Source of the DNA: Patescibacteria group bacterium
Lineage (GTDB): Bacteria; Patescibacteriota; Minisyncoccia; Phycocordibacterales; Phycocordibacteraceae
Length of the DNA: 64,000 nt
Direction: 5' to 3'
Assembly: GCA_040388985.1 (NCBI GenBank)
Contig: JAZKAU010000002.1
Coordinates: 183,642-247,641, forward strand
The notes under the pieces are model-generated. The model made no database searches. It saw only the letters and a program-made list of their open reading frames with translations, and had not been told where the DNA came from. A program made the position numbers and the translations under genes. Each line of letters opens with the position of its first letter. Positions within the stretch are counted from its first letter, which is position 1. Shown here piece by piece: positions 28,173 through 36,474 of this stretch.

Positions 28173-28883
28173 ATGACTCACACCGTACATCCCTACGCGC
28201 ATCGCCTCGGCATCATCCGTGACTGGAGGAGCCGCTGGTTCGCGCTCGACAAGAAGACCTTCCGCGAGAACCTCGCGGTGGATGCCGCTGTCCGTTCCTT
28301 TCTCACGAAGAAGCTCCGCAATATGCACATAGCGGAAATCGAGATCGAGCGCACTCAGAGCGAGCTGCGGGTCATCGTCCACACCGCCCGCCCGGGACTC
28401 GTCATCGGACGCTCCGGCGAGAACGCGGCTAAGCTCCGCAAGGAGCTCACGACTGCGGTCACCAAGGTCTCCTCGACCCATGGCCGCACCATCAAGCTCG
28501 ACATCATGGAGATCCGCCAGCCGGAGACCAGCGCCGCAGTCGTTGGCATGATGGTCGTCGAGGGTCTCGAGAAGCGCATGCCGTTCCGCCGCGTGCTCAA
28601 GTCCACCGTCGAGAAGGTGATGTCGAGCCGCGATGTCATCGGTATCCGCATCGTGGTGTCCGGTCGCCTCGGCGGCGCCGACATGAGCCGCACCGAGCAG
28701 ATCAAGCGCGGTCGCGTGCCGCTCCAGACGTTCCGCGCGAATATCGATTACGCGCACCAGGAGGCACATCTTCCGTATGGCGTCATCGGTATCAAGGTCT
28801 GGATCTACCTGGGCGAGCAGTTCTCTATGGAGGGTTCTGAGCAGCCGCGCGAGCGCATGGCTACGCCATCTCCGCGCGCATAA
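28173..28883 (+). CDS. rpsC: 30S ribosomal protein S3
   Basis: HPYAHRLGIIRDW.SRWF...KH domain...GRLGGADMSRTE. Confidence 0.95.
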   Translation: MTHTVHPYAHRLGIIRDWRSRWFALDKKTFRENLAVDAAVRSFLTKKLRNMHIAEIEIERTQSELRVIVHTARPGLVIGRSGENAAKLRKELTTAVTKVSSTHGRTIKLDIMEIRQPETSAAVVGMMVVEGLEKRMPFRRVLKSTVEKVMSSRDVIGIRIVVSGRLGGADMSRTEQIKRGRVPLQTFRANIDYAHQEAHLPYGVIGIKVWIYLGEQFSMEGSEQPRERMATPSPRA

Positions 28884-28904
28884 TTCCGTTTAATTCTTCG
28901 CAGT

Positions 28905-29327
28905 ATGTTATTCCCTAAGAAAGTAAAGCACCGCAAGTGGCAGACCGGACGCAAGTCCGAGGCTAAGCTCGCGCGCCCTGATACGCGCGGAACTGCCGTA
29001 TCCTTCGGCAGCTACGGCCTCAAGGCGACGACTGCGCACCGCGTGACGAGCAACCAGATCGAGGCTGCCCGTAAGGTCCTTACCCGCGCCACCGGAAAGG
29101 GAGGGAAGATGTGGATCCGTATCTTTCCGGACCGCCCGGTCACTGCGAAGCCCGCTGAGGTCGGCATGGGTAAAGGTAAGGGAGATCCGAAGCACTTCGT
29201 CTTCGAAGTGCGTCCGGGACGCGTGCTCTTCGAGCTCGATGGCGTCGAGGACGCGAAGGCGCGCGACGCTATGCGTCGCGCAGGCTCCAAGCTTCCGGTA
29301 AAGACGAGCGTCGTCACGCGCGCATAA
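28905..29327 (+). CDS. rplP: 50S ribosomal protein L16
   Basis: MLFPKKVKHRKWQTGR...ARVLTRATGKGGKMWIRIFPD. Confidence 0.95.
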   Translation: MLFPKKVKHRKWQTGRKSEAKLARPDTRGTAVSFGSYGLKATTAHRVTSNQIEAARKVLTRATGKGGKMWIRIFPDRPVTAKPAEVGMGKGKGDPKHFVFEVRPGRVLFELDGVEDAKARDAMRRAGSKLPVKTSVVTRA

Positions 29328-29334
29328 ATCATAT

Positions 29335-29526
29335 ATGACAAAGAAAATCGATTTCAAAGAGAAGAACCCGAGCGAGCTCACGGCATTGCTCGCGCAGAAG
29401 CGTGAAGAGCTCCGCGCGCTCCGCTTTTCAGCCGCAGGTTCGCGCATGAAGGACGCGAGCGCGCCTCGCAAGCTCCGCGCTGACGTCGCCCGCATACTGA
29501 CCGAACTTAGCAGCCGCGCCGCATAA
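29335..29526 (+). CDS. rpmC: 50S ribosomal protein L29
   Basis: Position; L..K..EL..LRF. Confidence 0.85.
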   Translation: MTKKIDFKEKNPSELTALLAQKREELRALRFSAAGSRMKDASAPRKLRADVARILTELSSRAA

Positions 29527-29534
29527 CCTTCGAT

Positions 29535-29816
29535 ATGGAACCTACAACCCTAAAGCCCCAGACATTCTCAGGTACCGTCGTAAAGACGGCCATGAAGGAC
29601 ACGGCCACCGTGGCGGTCTCCCGCTATGTGAAGCATCCGAAGTACAAGAAGTACCAGACCCGTACCAAGAAGTTCCTCGTGCATGACCCCGAGAACCAGG
29701 CTTCGGTCGGCGATCAGGTCACCATCGTCGCGACTCGCCCGATATCGAAGCAGAAGCGCTTCGCGCTCAAGTCCATCGACGTAGTCGCCGAGCAGGTCGA
29801 AGCCTTCGAAGCATAG
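29535..29816 (+). CDS. rpsQ: 30S ribosomal protein S17
   Basis: GTVVKTAMKDTATVAV.RYVKHPKYKKY...KKFLVHDPEN. Confidence 0.92.
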   Translation: MEPTTLKPQTFSGTVVKTAMKDTATVAVSRYVKHPKYKKYQTRTKKFLVHDPENQASVGDQVTIVATRPISKQKRFALKSIDVVAEQVEAFEA

Positions 29817-29834
29817 TCATTAATTAATCCGCGT

Positions 29835-30212
29835 ATGTTGCAGCCACAATCCATCGTCACCGTCGCAGACAATTCGGGAGCCAAAGTCGCCCGCGTCTTC
29901 AAGGTGCTCGGGGGCAGCAAGCGCCGCTACGCGGAGCTGGGCGATGTCGTCGTCGTCTCCATCCAGACGGTAGAGCCTCGCAAGGCGGTCAAGAAGAAGG
30001 ACATCTACAAGGCGGTCGTCGTGCGCCAGAGGAAGCCGTACCGTCGCGCGAACGGCTCCTACGTGCGCTTCGACGATAATGCGGTCGTGCTCATCGAGAA
30101 GCAGGGTAAGGAGATGGGTCCTAAGGGAAACCGCGTCTTCGGCCCGGTACCGCGCGATCTCATCGAGCGCGGGTGGCAGAACATCGCTTCCATAGCGCCG
30201 GAAGTCGTATAG
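29835..30212 (+). CDS. rplN: 50S ribosomal protein L14
   Basis: MLQPQSIVTVADNSGAK..RVFKVLGGSKRRYA. Confidence 0.95.
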   Translation: MLQPQSIVTVADNSGAKVARVFKVLGGSKRRYAELGDVVVVSIQTVEPRKAVKKKDIYKAVVVRQRKPYRRANGSYVRFDDNAVVLIEKQGKEMGPKGNRVFGPVPRDLIERGWQNIASIAPEVV

Positions 30213-30234
30213 TCCAGAATTTACCTATACTTTT

Positions 30235-30546
30235 ATGAAAATGAAACTCAAGAAAGGCGACTCAGTGATGGTCATCTCCGGCAAGGACAAGGGTAAGACC
30301 GGCACCATCGCGCACGCACTCCCGCTTGAAGGGAAGGTCGTCATCGACGGCGTCGGAGTCTACAAGAAGCACATCAAGGGCGCACGCGGACAGAGCGGCT
30401 CCATCGTCGAGCGCCCGCGCGCCATTGATGCTTCAAATGTCATGTTCATGGACCCGAAAGAGAAGAAGCCGACCCGCATCGGCCGCAAGGTAGAGAACGG
30501 CAAGGTCGTCCGATTCGCGAAGAAAAGCGGCGCAACGCTCTCCTAA
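30235..30546 (+). CDS. rplX: 50S ribosomal protein L24
   Basis: KLKKGDSVMVISGKDKGKTG (KOW motif). Confidence 0.93.
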   Translation: MKMKLKKGDSVMVISGKDKGKTGTIAHALPLEGKVVIDGVGVYKKHIKGARGQSGSIVERPRAIDASNVMFMDPKEKKPTRIGRKVENGKVVRFAKKSGATLS

Positions 30547-30557
30547 TCAACGTATCT

Positions 30558-31097
30558 ATGATGATCTCACAGCAAAAACAGAAGAGCACCTACGACACCT
30601 TCAAGGGGCAGTTCGGCTACGCAAATACCATGGCAGCGCCGCGCCTCCTCAAGATCACCGTATCGAGCGGCGTGGGGAAAGCTAAGGACAAGAACCGCAA
30701 CAAGCTCGTCGAAGAGAAGCTCGCGCGTATCACCGGTCAGAAGCCGGCAGCGCGGGCTGCTAAGAAGTCCATCGCCGCCTTCAAGTCGCGCGAAGGCGAC
30801 ATCGTCGGCTATCAGGTCACGCTTCGCGGAGCTCGTATGTACGAATTCCTCGATAAGCTCGTCCACATCGCCCTTCCTCGTACGCGCGACTTCCGCGGAC
30901 TGAGCGCCACTGCCATCGACGAGATGGGCAACATGACCATCGGTATCCGTGAGAACTCCATCTTCCCGGAAACTTCCGAAGAGGACCTCAAGGACGTCTT
31001 CGGCCTCGCTATCACGCTCACGACCACCGCAAAGACCAAGCCCGAAGCAGAAGCCTTCTTCCGCCATCTCGATATTCCGCTTAAGGTCGCTGCGTAA
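30558..31097 (+). CDS. rplE: 50S ribosomal protein L5
   Basis: Position; ...RGLSATAIDEMGNMTIGIRENSIFPE. Confidence 0.93.
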   Translation: MMISQQKQKSTYDTFKGQFGYANTMAAPRLLKITVSSGVGKAKDKNRNKLVEEKLARITGQKPAARAAKKSIAAFKSREGDIVGYQVTLRGARMYEFLDKLVHIALPRTRDFRGLSATAIDEMGNMTIGIRENSIFPETSEEDLKDVFGLAITLTTTAKTKPEAEAFFRHLDIPLKVAA

Positions 31098-31115
31098 CTC
31101 CTTTAATCCAAGACG

Positions 31116-31150
31116 AAAACGGCCAGAACGCGTAGAGTTCTGGCCGTTTT
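31116..31150 (+). terminator. rplE terminator
   Basis: AAAACGGCCAGAAC-gcgtagag-TTCTGGCCGTTTT + CTTC. Confidence 0.55.
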
Positions 31151-31209
31151 CTTCTACCGGTGCGATCTCGTATCTGCGAAATCACCATTTTGATATATAC
31201 TCCTCTTCA

Positions 31210-31875
31210 ATGAAGCCGCTGAACGTGCCGCTCGTCCGCCAGGAGAAGAATTCGGTCTTGTGCGGAGTAGCCAGCATCCGCATGCTGCTCGCGTACCATG
31301 GCATCGAGGCGAACCAGGAAGCTATCCTGAAAGAAGTGAAGATACACAAAGGCTGGGGAACCTTTACTCCGCAGTGGGGAATCTTCCTCATGAACCACGG
31401 GTTTAAGGTTGAGATAATCACGCAGAACCCCAAACTCTTTACGGCAAAGGACCGGGGGAAGAAGAAGGCTGTCTTACTGAAAGTCTTGGAGGAGCGGCTC
31501 GGCATAGCAGACAGTAAGACCGATATCGCAGCCATCAAGGAATATATAACCTACCTCAAGCAGGGAGGAGTGCTTACCGTAAAGATTCCAGATGTGAGAG
31601 ATATACAGGAGGAGATACGCAGCAAGCGGCCCTTGCTTGCCGAACTCACGAGCAACTGGCTGCTCGGGCTGCGACGGAACGTGAATTTCCATTTCAATGT
31701 CATAACGGGCATAGATGCAAAATACGCATATGTGAATGATCCCCTGTGGCATTCGGCCGGAGGGAAGAAGCGCTATCCTATAGCCGACTATCTCTTCGCT
31801 CTACACGCCTCATCCTATGGAAGTCCCGACGAAGGCTGCCTTATGAAGGTCATACCGAATTCCCGCCCATCGTAA
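31210..31875 (+). CDS. C39-like papain-fold cysteine peptidase domain protein (second paralog)
   Basis: VPLVRQEKNSVLCGVASIRMLLAYHG (Cys context) ... HFNVITGIDAKYAYVNDP (His); the ATG at 31210 follows a TATACT -10; inserted between rplE and rpsN. Confidence 0.6.
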   Translation: MKPLNVPLVRQEKNSVLCGVASIRMLLAYHGIEANQEAILKEVKIHKGWGTFTPQWGIFLMNHGFKVEIITQNPKLFTAKDRGKKKAVLLKVLEERLGIADSKTDIAAIKEYITYLKQGGVLTVKIPDVRDIQEEIRSKRPLLAELTSNWLLGLRRNVNFHFNVITGIDAKYAYVNDPLWHSAGGKKRYPIADYLFALHASSYGSPDEGCLMKVIPNSRPS

Positions 31876-32048
31876 GCGAGAGTGAGCGCAAGTGTCGGGA
31901 GATAGTTCTTAATATATCTACTGAACCGTCTTTCTTGCTTACCCTACCGATTTCCTATACGGTTACGTCAGGTCAACCAAGCGGTGTATTGTCGCTTGTA
32001 TGTACACGTACTGATAATCAAACCACTGGACATTGAAAGGGAAATAGC

Positions 32049-32711
32049 ATGCATAGAACCGCACAAGGGTGGATTGACGCGTATCGCTCGCGCGATGCGT
32101 TCTGGATCCACGATGGAAATCCGCGCCGTCCGCATGCCCTCCTCACATCGGGGAAGCATTCGAACGGTTTCTTCTACAGCAAGCCGATTATCGCAGACAG
32201 GGGTCTGCTCAGCGAAGCCGCGTCAGACCTCATCGAACTGCTCGATCAGCGTGGCGGTGATCTGGGCTTGGTGGACTGCGTCGTGGGTCCTCAGACCGGA
32301 GCCACGCTGCTTGCCGAGCTCCTTGGTCGCGAACTCGGCTGTTCCTGGGCTTCACCTGCGAAGGCGGGGGAAGGGGATGACCGATCGATGATCTTCTCGC
32401 GAAACGAGATCGCGCAACTGCCGGGTAATTCGGTACTGCCATGCGAAGACGTGCTTACCACCGGCGGAAGCGTCATGCTTGCCGCGAATGCCGTGAACGA
32501 TGCTGGCGGGATCGTCCTGCCGTTTATCCTCGTACTCGTGAACCGTTCCGGCCTCACCGAGGTGGACGGGAAGCAGATCGTCTCGCTTATCGACCGGCAT
32601 ATGCCCATATGGGAACCGGACGACTGTCCGTTGTGCCGGGCTGGCTCCTCACCTATCTCACCGAAGCGGCCTGAGACGAACTGGAGTCTGCTCAACAAAC
32701 CCTACGACTGA
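32049..32711 (+). CDS. pyrE: orotate phosphoribosyltransferase-like (type I PRTase)
   Basis: PRPP-binding motif VLPCEDVLTTGGSV; N-terminal LLTSGKHSNGFFYSKPI resembles the OPRTase FxLxSGxxSxxFF motif; adjacent to pyrF. Confidence 0.6.
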   Translation: MHRTAQGWIDAYRSRDAFWIHDGNPRRPHALLTSGKHSNGFFYSKPIIADRGLLSEAASDLIELLDQRGGDLGLVDCVVGPQTGATLLAELLGRELGCSWASPAKAGEGDDRSMIFSRNEIAQLPGNSVLPCEDVLTTGGSVMLAANAVNDAGGIVLPFILVLVNRSGLTEVDGKQIVSLIDRHMPIWEPDDCPLCRAGSSPISPKRPETNWSLLNKPYD

Positions 32712-32724
32712 CAGGAGGAATGCG

Positions 32725-33471
32725 ATGATTGAACTTACCCCCGCACAGCGGCTCATTGTCGCCGCTGACTTCCGGCTCGAGAGCTCGGGCCCGAACGGCG
32801 GCACCTTCGCGGTTCGCCAAAGGCTCCGAACGTTTCTGAAAAGTCTTGAGGGGACCGGAGTCACCATCAAGGCGAACAGTCTCCTCCGGGTCTTCGGCTA
32901 CGAGCTGATCCGCGAGATCCAGGGCTATGGCCTCGGCGTCTTCGCGGATCTGAAGCTGAATGACATCTCGAACACCCTCAAGACCGACGGCGAGTTCCTG
33001 CAAACTCTCCAACCCGAAATGCTCACGGTCATGTGCAGTGCGGGCGTGGGCGGCATGCAGGCACTGAAGGCCCAACTGCCCCTGACCGAGGTCCTGGGCG
33101 TCACGGTCCTGACGAGCCTTACGTCTGCCGATACGGTCAGGATGTTCGGCACCGCGCCGGACTCTGCTGCCGTCAGGTTCGCCGAGATGGCGAAGGAAGC
33201 CGGAATCGGCGGCTTGATTTCTTCGGCAGCGGAAGCACATCTTCTCCGGAAAGTCGTGGGAGAGGGAATGACCATCAACGCGGCTGGGATTCGGCCAGGT
33301 GCCATCGTCGTTGGAAGCGACGATCAGAATCCCGATCGAGCCAGGACGCCGCTCGAAGCGTTCGAAGCCGGCGTCGATCGTATCATCGTCGGACGTCCGA
33401 TCGTCGAGGATCCAAATCCGTACGACGCTACGATGCGTATCATCGACAGCTATGCGCACCTGTTCGCGTGA
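32725..33471 (+). CDS. pyrF: orotidine-5'-phosphate decarboxylase
   Basis: RLIVAADF (LIVALD-like) and DLKLNDISNT (DxKxxDIPNT-like), characteristic of type 1 OMP decarboxylase. Confidence 0.65.
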   Translation: MIELTPAQRLIVAADFRLESSGPNGGTFAVRQRLRTFLKSLEGTGVTIKANSLLRVFGYELIREIQGYGLGVFADLKLNDISNTLKTDGEFLQTLQPEMLTVMCSAGVGGMQALKAQLPLTEVLGVTVLTSLTSADTVRMFGTAPDSAAVRFAEMAKEAGIGGLISSAAEAHLLRKVVGEGMTINAAGIRPGAIVVGSDDQNPDRARTPLEAFEAGVDRIIVGRPIVEDPNPYDATMRIIDSYAHLFA

Positions 33472-33488
33472 TCCCAAAGAATCATATA

Positions 33489-33524
33489 CGGCCCGGGAGG
33501 AAACTCCCGGGCCGCTTTATTTTA
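33489..33524 (+). terminator. pyrF terminator
   Basis: CGGCCCGGGAG-gaaa-CTCCCGGGCCG + CTTTATTTTA. Confidence 0.6.
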
Positions 33525-33600
33525 ATTAGTTATATATCGTTGGGAAAACCAACTTCTGTGCATAGTCTCGTGGCATCTCATCCGTCGGGAGCGAGGGCGA

Positions 33601-33679
33601 GGAATGGTGTGGCAGCGGAAGGGATAGTCCCGAGAAGGTATACCCTCACAGGGAACTATCCCTGAAGCAACACCATTCC
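33601..33679. ncRNA. nested-stem structured element upstream of rpsN promoter (possible sRNA or REP-like element)
   Basis: An outer 10-bp stem GGAATGGTGT/ACACCATTCC encloses an 8-bp stem GGGATAGT/ACTATCCC; the element lies between the pyrF terminator and the TTGACA-N17-TACAGT promoter, so it is not part of the rpsN leader. Confidence 0.3.
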
Positions 33680-33706
33680 GCAGCCCGAGCGGCTCGTTGA
33701 CAGGCT

Positions 33707-33735
33707 ATTTGCTTGCTGATACAGTACCTCTACGG
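33707..33735 (+). promoter_or_regulatory. sigma70-like promoter for rpsN operon (TTGACA-N17-TACAGT)
   Basis: -35 at 33707-33712 and -10 at 33730-33735, 22 nt upstream of the rpsN ATG. Confidence 0.45.
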
Positions 33736-33756
33736 CTCTCCGGAGCTCTTTTTCGT

Positions 33757-34026
33757 ATGGCCAAAGCCTCACAAATCGCCCGCAATATCAAGAAGGAAAA
33801 GCTTGTCGCCAAGTACGCTGTTAAGCGTGCCGAACTCAAGGCTGCCGGCGACTCGGCGGGCCTTCAGAAGCTTCCTCGCAATTCTTCCGCTACGCGCGTG
33901 AAGAACCGCTGCGCCGTTACCGGCCGCAGCCGCGGCTATATGCGCAGCTTCGGCCTCTCGCGCATAGCCTTCCGCGAGCTCGCACGCGAGGGCAAGATTC
34001 CAGGAGTAAAGAAAGCATCATGGTAA
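33757..34026 (+). CDS. rpsN: 30S ribosomal protein S14 (long form)
   Basis: [20 protein letters not shown]...[41 protein letters not shown]. Confidence 0.93.
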   Translation: MAKASQIARNIKKEKLVAKYAVKRAELKAAGDSAGLQKLPRNSSATRVKNRCAVTGRSRGYMRSFGLSRIAFRELAREGKIPGVKKASW

Positions 34027-34412
34027 CCGACCGCGTTGGAGATTTCATAATCCGCTTGAAGAATGCCGGAGCCATCGGCAACACGACCGTCACGGCTCCG
34101 CATTCCAAGCATATCGAAGCCATCGCGAACAAGCTCAAGGAGCTCGGCTTCGTGGAGCGCGTCGAAGTATCGAAGACCGCGCCTCGACAGATCGAGGTCA
34201 CCCTCATGTATGACGCGAAGGGCAAGCATCGCATAAACGGCGTGAAGCGCGTGAGCAAGCCTGGTCGCCGCCTCTACGTCGCGAGCACTGAAGCGCACAG
34301 CGTGAAGAACGGTCTGGGAGCGCGTATCATCTCGACGCCTAAGGGCATCCTCGCCGATCGCGAGGCGCGCAAGGTCCGTGCAGGCGGCGAAGCTCTCTTC
34401 GAGATCTGGTAA
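34020..34412 (+). CDS. rpsH: 30S ribosomal protein S8
   Basis: [14 protein letters not shown]...; position. Confidence 0.93.
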   Translation: MVTDRVGDFIIRLKNAGAIGNTTVTAPHSKHIEAIANKLKELGFVERVEVSKTAPRQIEVTLMYDAKGKHRINGVKRVSKPGRRLYVASTEAHSVKNGLGARIISTPKGILADREARKVRAGGEALFEIW

Positions 34413-34427
34413 CTCTATTTTCGTACT

Positions 34428-34964
34428 ATGTCCTTCCGCATCGCAAAGAAACCGATAGTGATCCCATCTAAAGTAAGCGTCTCGACCGACGGAGGCGTGC
34501 TTTCGGTGAAGGGATCGAGCGCAACGCTTGTACGTCCTATCCACTCGACGGTAGCTATCGACGTCACTCCTGAGGGCGTCACTATCGCTCCTAAGAACAA
34601 CAGCAAGCTCGCCCGTGCGCTTACCGGCACCTTCGCCGCGCATTTGACCGCCATGATCTCGGGCGTCGAGACGCCGTTCAAGAAGGTCCTCATCCTGAAG
34701 GGCGTGGGATACAAGGTCGAGCTCAAAGGTCGCGACCTCGTCTTCAACGTCGGCTTCTCGCACCAGGTCACGCTTACGATTCCTGAGGATCTCACCGCAA
34801 CGGTGGAGAAGATGAACATCACCATCTCGGGAGCTGATAAGCAGCGGGTCGGACAGTTCGCAGCCGAAGTGCGCGCCGTGAAGCCGCCAGAGCCGTATCT
34901 TGGAAAGGGTATCGCCTACGAAGGCGAGGTTATACGCCGTAAGCAGGGCAAGAAGGCCGTCTAA
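34428..34964 (+). CDS. rplF: 50S ribosomal protein L6
   Basis: SRIAKKPIVIPSKVSV.....L.VKG; position. Confidence 0.93.
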   Translation: MSFRIAKKPIVIPSKVSVSTDGGVLSVKGSSATLVRPIHSTVAIDVTPEGVTIAPKNNSKLARALTGTFAAHLTAMISGVETPFKKVLILKGVGYKVELKGRDLVFNVGFSHQVTLTIPEDLTATVEKMNITISGADKQRVGQFAAEVRAVKPPEPYLGKGIAYEGEVIRRKQGKKAV

Positions 34965-34984
34965 TATACGTTTAATACTCTTGT

Positions 34985-35335
34985 ATGACCCGACTCGGAA
35001 CATCATCGAAGCAGCTGCGCGAACGCCGTCACACGCGGGTACGCGCCAAGGTAAGCGGTACGACCGAGCGTCCTCGCCTGGCTATCTTCCGTTCCAACCG
35101 TTTCGTGTCCGCGCAGGTCATCGACGACACCAAGGGACATACGCTCGCTTCTGCGCACGGCCGCGAATTCAAGGGCGCACAGTCGCTCCAGGCAGCTGCG
35201 GTAGGGAAGGCAGTCGCTGAGCGCGCGAAGGCTGCAGGTGTCGATGCGGTGGTCTTCGATCGCGGCGGCTATTCCTACGCAGCACAGGTCCGGAATCTTG
35301 CGGACGCAGCGCGCGAAGGCGGGCTCACTTTCTAA
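34985..35335 (+). CDS. rplR: 50S ribosomal protein L18
   Basis: [34 protein letters not shown]. Confidence 0.93.
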   Translation: MTRLGTSSKQLRERRHTRVRAKVSGTTERPRLAIFRSNRFVSAQVIDDTKGHTLASAHGREFKGAQSLQAAAVGKAVAERAKAAGVDAVVFDRGGYSYAAQVRNLADAAREGGLTF

Positions 35336-35341
35336 TACTTT

Positions 35342-35995
35342 ATGACTGATACCACCATTATGCCCGAGACCGAAGTAGCGCCCGACGTAGCTGTCGAGGA
35401 AGCTGCACCTGTCGAAGTCGCGGAGACTCCGGCAGCCGCAGCCCCTACCACCGATCGTCCTCTAGGCGACCGCGGGCCACAGCGCGGCCGCGGAGGACCT
35501 GGCGGTGGCCGCCCGGGAGGACGTCCGGGAGGGCGCGGACGTGAGCGCGCTCCTCGCGAGCGCAGCGAGTTCGAACAGGTAACGCTGGACGTGCGCCGTG
35601 TGGCCCGTGTCATGGCCGGAGGACGCCGCTTCTCCTTCAGCGTGACGGTCGTTATCGGCGACAAGAAAGGTCGCGTGGGTGTGGGGCTCGGCAAGGGTGC
35701 CGATACCGCGCTCGCTATCGACAAGGCAGTCCGTGCCGCGAAGAAGGCCATGATCACCGTGCCGCTTACCAAGAGCCGCTCTATCGAGCACGCGGTAGAC
35801 GCGAAGTACTCGTCGTCGACGGTAGAGCTCATCCCGAGCCCGGGCCGCGGTCTCGTCGCAGGTTCCGCGATGCGTACCGTACTCGAGCACGCAGGCGTCA
35901 CCGATGTCATCACCAAGATCCAGACCCGTTCGAAGAACAAGCTCACCATCGCGCGCGCGACCATACAGGCGCTCAAATCGCTTCAGGCCCGCTAG
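35342..35995 (+). CDS. rpsE: 30S ribosomal protein S5 with ~75-aa RGG/PGG-rich N-terminal extension
   Basis: Core VRRVARVMAGGRRFSFSVTVVIGDKKGRVGVGLGKG... preceded by GRGGPGGGRPGGRPGGRGRER. Confidence 0.93.
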   Translation: MTDTTIMPETEVAPDVAVEEAAPVEVAETPAAAAPTTDRPLGDRGPQRGRGGPGGGRPGGRPGGRGRERAPRERSEFEQVTLDVRRVARVMAGGRRFSFSVTVVIGDKKGRVGVGLGKGADTALAIDKAVRAAKKAMITVPLTKSRSIEHAVDAKYSSSTVELIPSPGRGLVAGSAMRTVLEHAGVTDVITKIQTRSKNKLTIARATIQALKSLQAR

Positions 35996-36006
35996 TATCT
36001 ACTTTT

Positions 36007-36474
36007 ATGCAAACGAACACCCTTAAAGCAGCAACGCCTCGCATCACGACCGCCCGAGTAGGACGCGGTGGCAAGCGTGGAAAGACGAGCGGTCGCGGTA
36101 CCAAGGGACAGAATGCGCGTGCCGGACACAAGAAGCGTCCCGAGATGCGCGATCTCCTCAAGAAGCTCCCGAAGCGCCGCGGATTCGGTAAGAACCGTTC
36201 ACGCACCGTGCGTCCGCAGGTCATCTACTCGGCAGTGAACCTTTCCGCTCTCGAGAAGGCCTTCGTCGCCGGCGAGACCGTATCTCCGCTCACGCTCATG
36301 AAGAAGAGCCTCGTGCGCTCGCGCGGCGGGTACATCCTTCCGGTAAAGATTCTCGGCACCGGAAGCATCACGAAGGCGCTTACCGTTACCAACTGCGAGG
36401 CATCCGCTGCAGCGCTCGCTGCGATCCTGGCTGCTGGCGGCTCGCTCACTAACCGCCAGAACGATGTTCGCTAA
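36007..36474 (+). CDS. rplO: 50S ribosomal protein L15 (rpmD/L30 absent upstream)
   Basis: GRGGKRGKTSGRGTKGQNARAGHKKRP; follows rpsE directly. Confidence 0.93.
   Translation: MQTNTLKAATPRITTARVGRGGKRGKTSGRGTKGQNARAGHKKRPEMRDLLKKLPKRRGFGKNRSRTVRPQVIYSAVNLSALEKAFVAGETVSPLTLMKKSLVRSRGGYILPVKILGTGSITKALTVTNCEASAAALAAILAAGGSLTNRQNDVR

Noticed and set aside
35332-35976. 214-aa minus-strand ORF overlapping rpsE, and other overlapping ORFs in the ribosomal cluster (for example 28355-28705, 30567-31067)
   Set aside because: They lie entirely within well-supported ribosomal protein genes, have low-complexity translations and are GC-skew artefacts.
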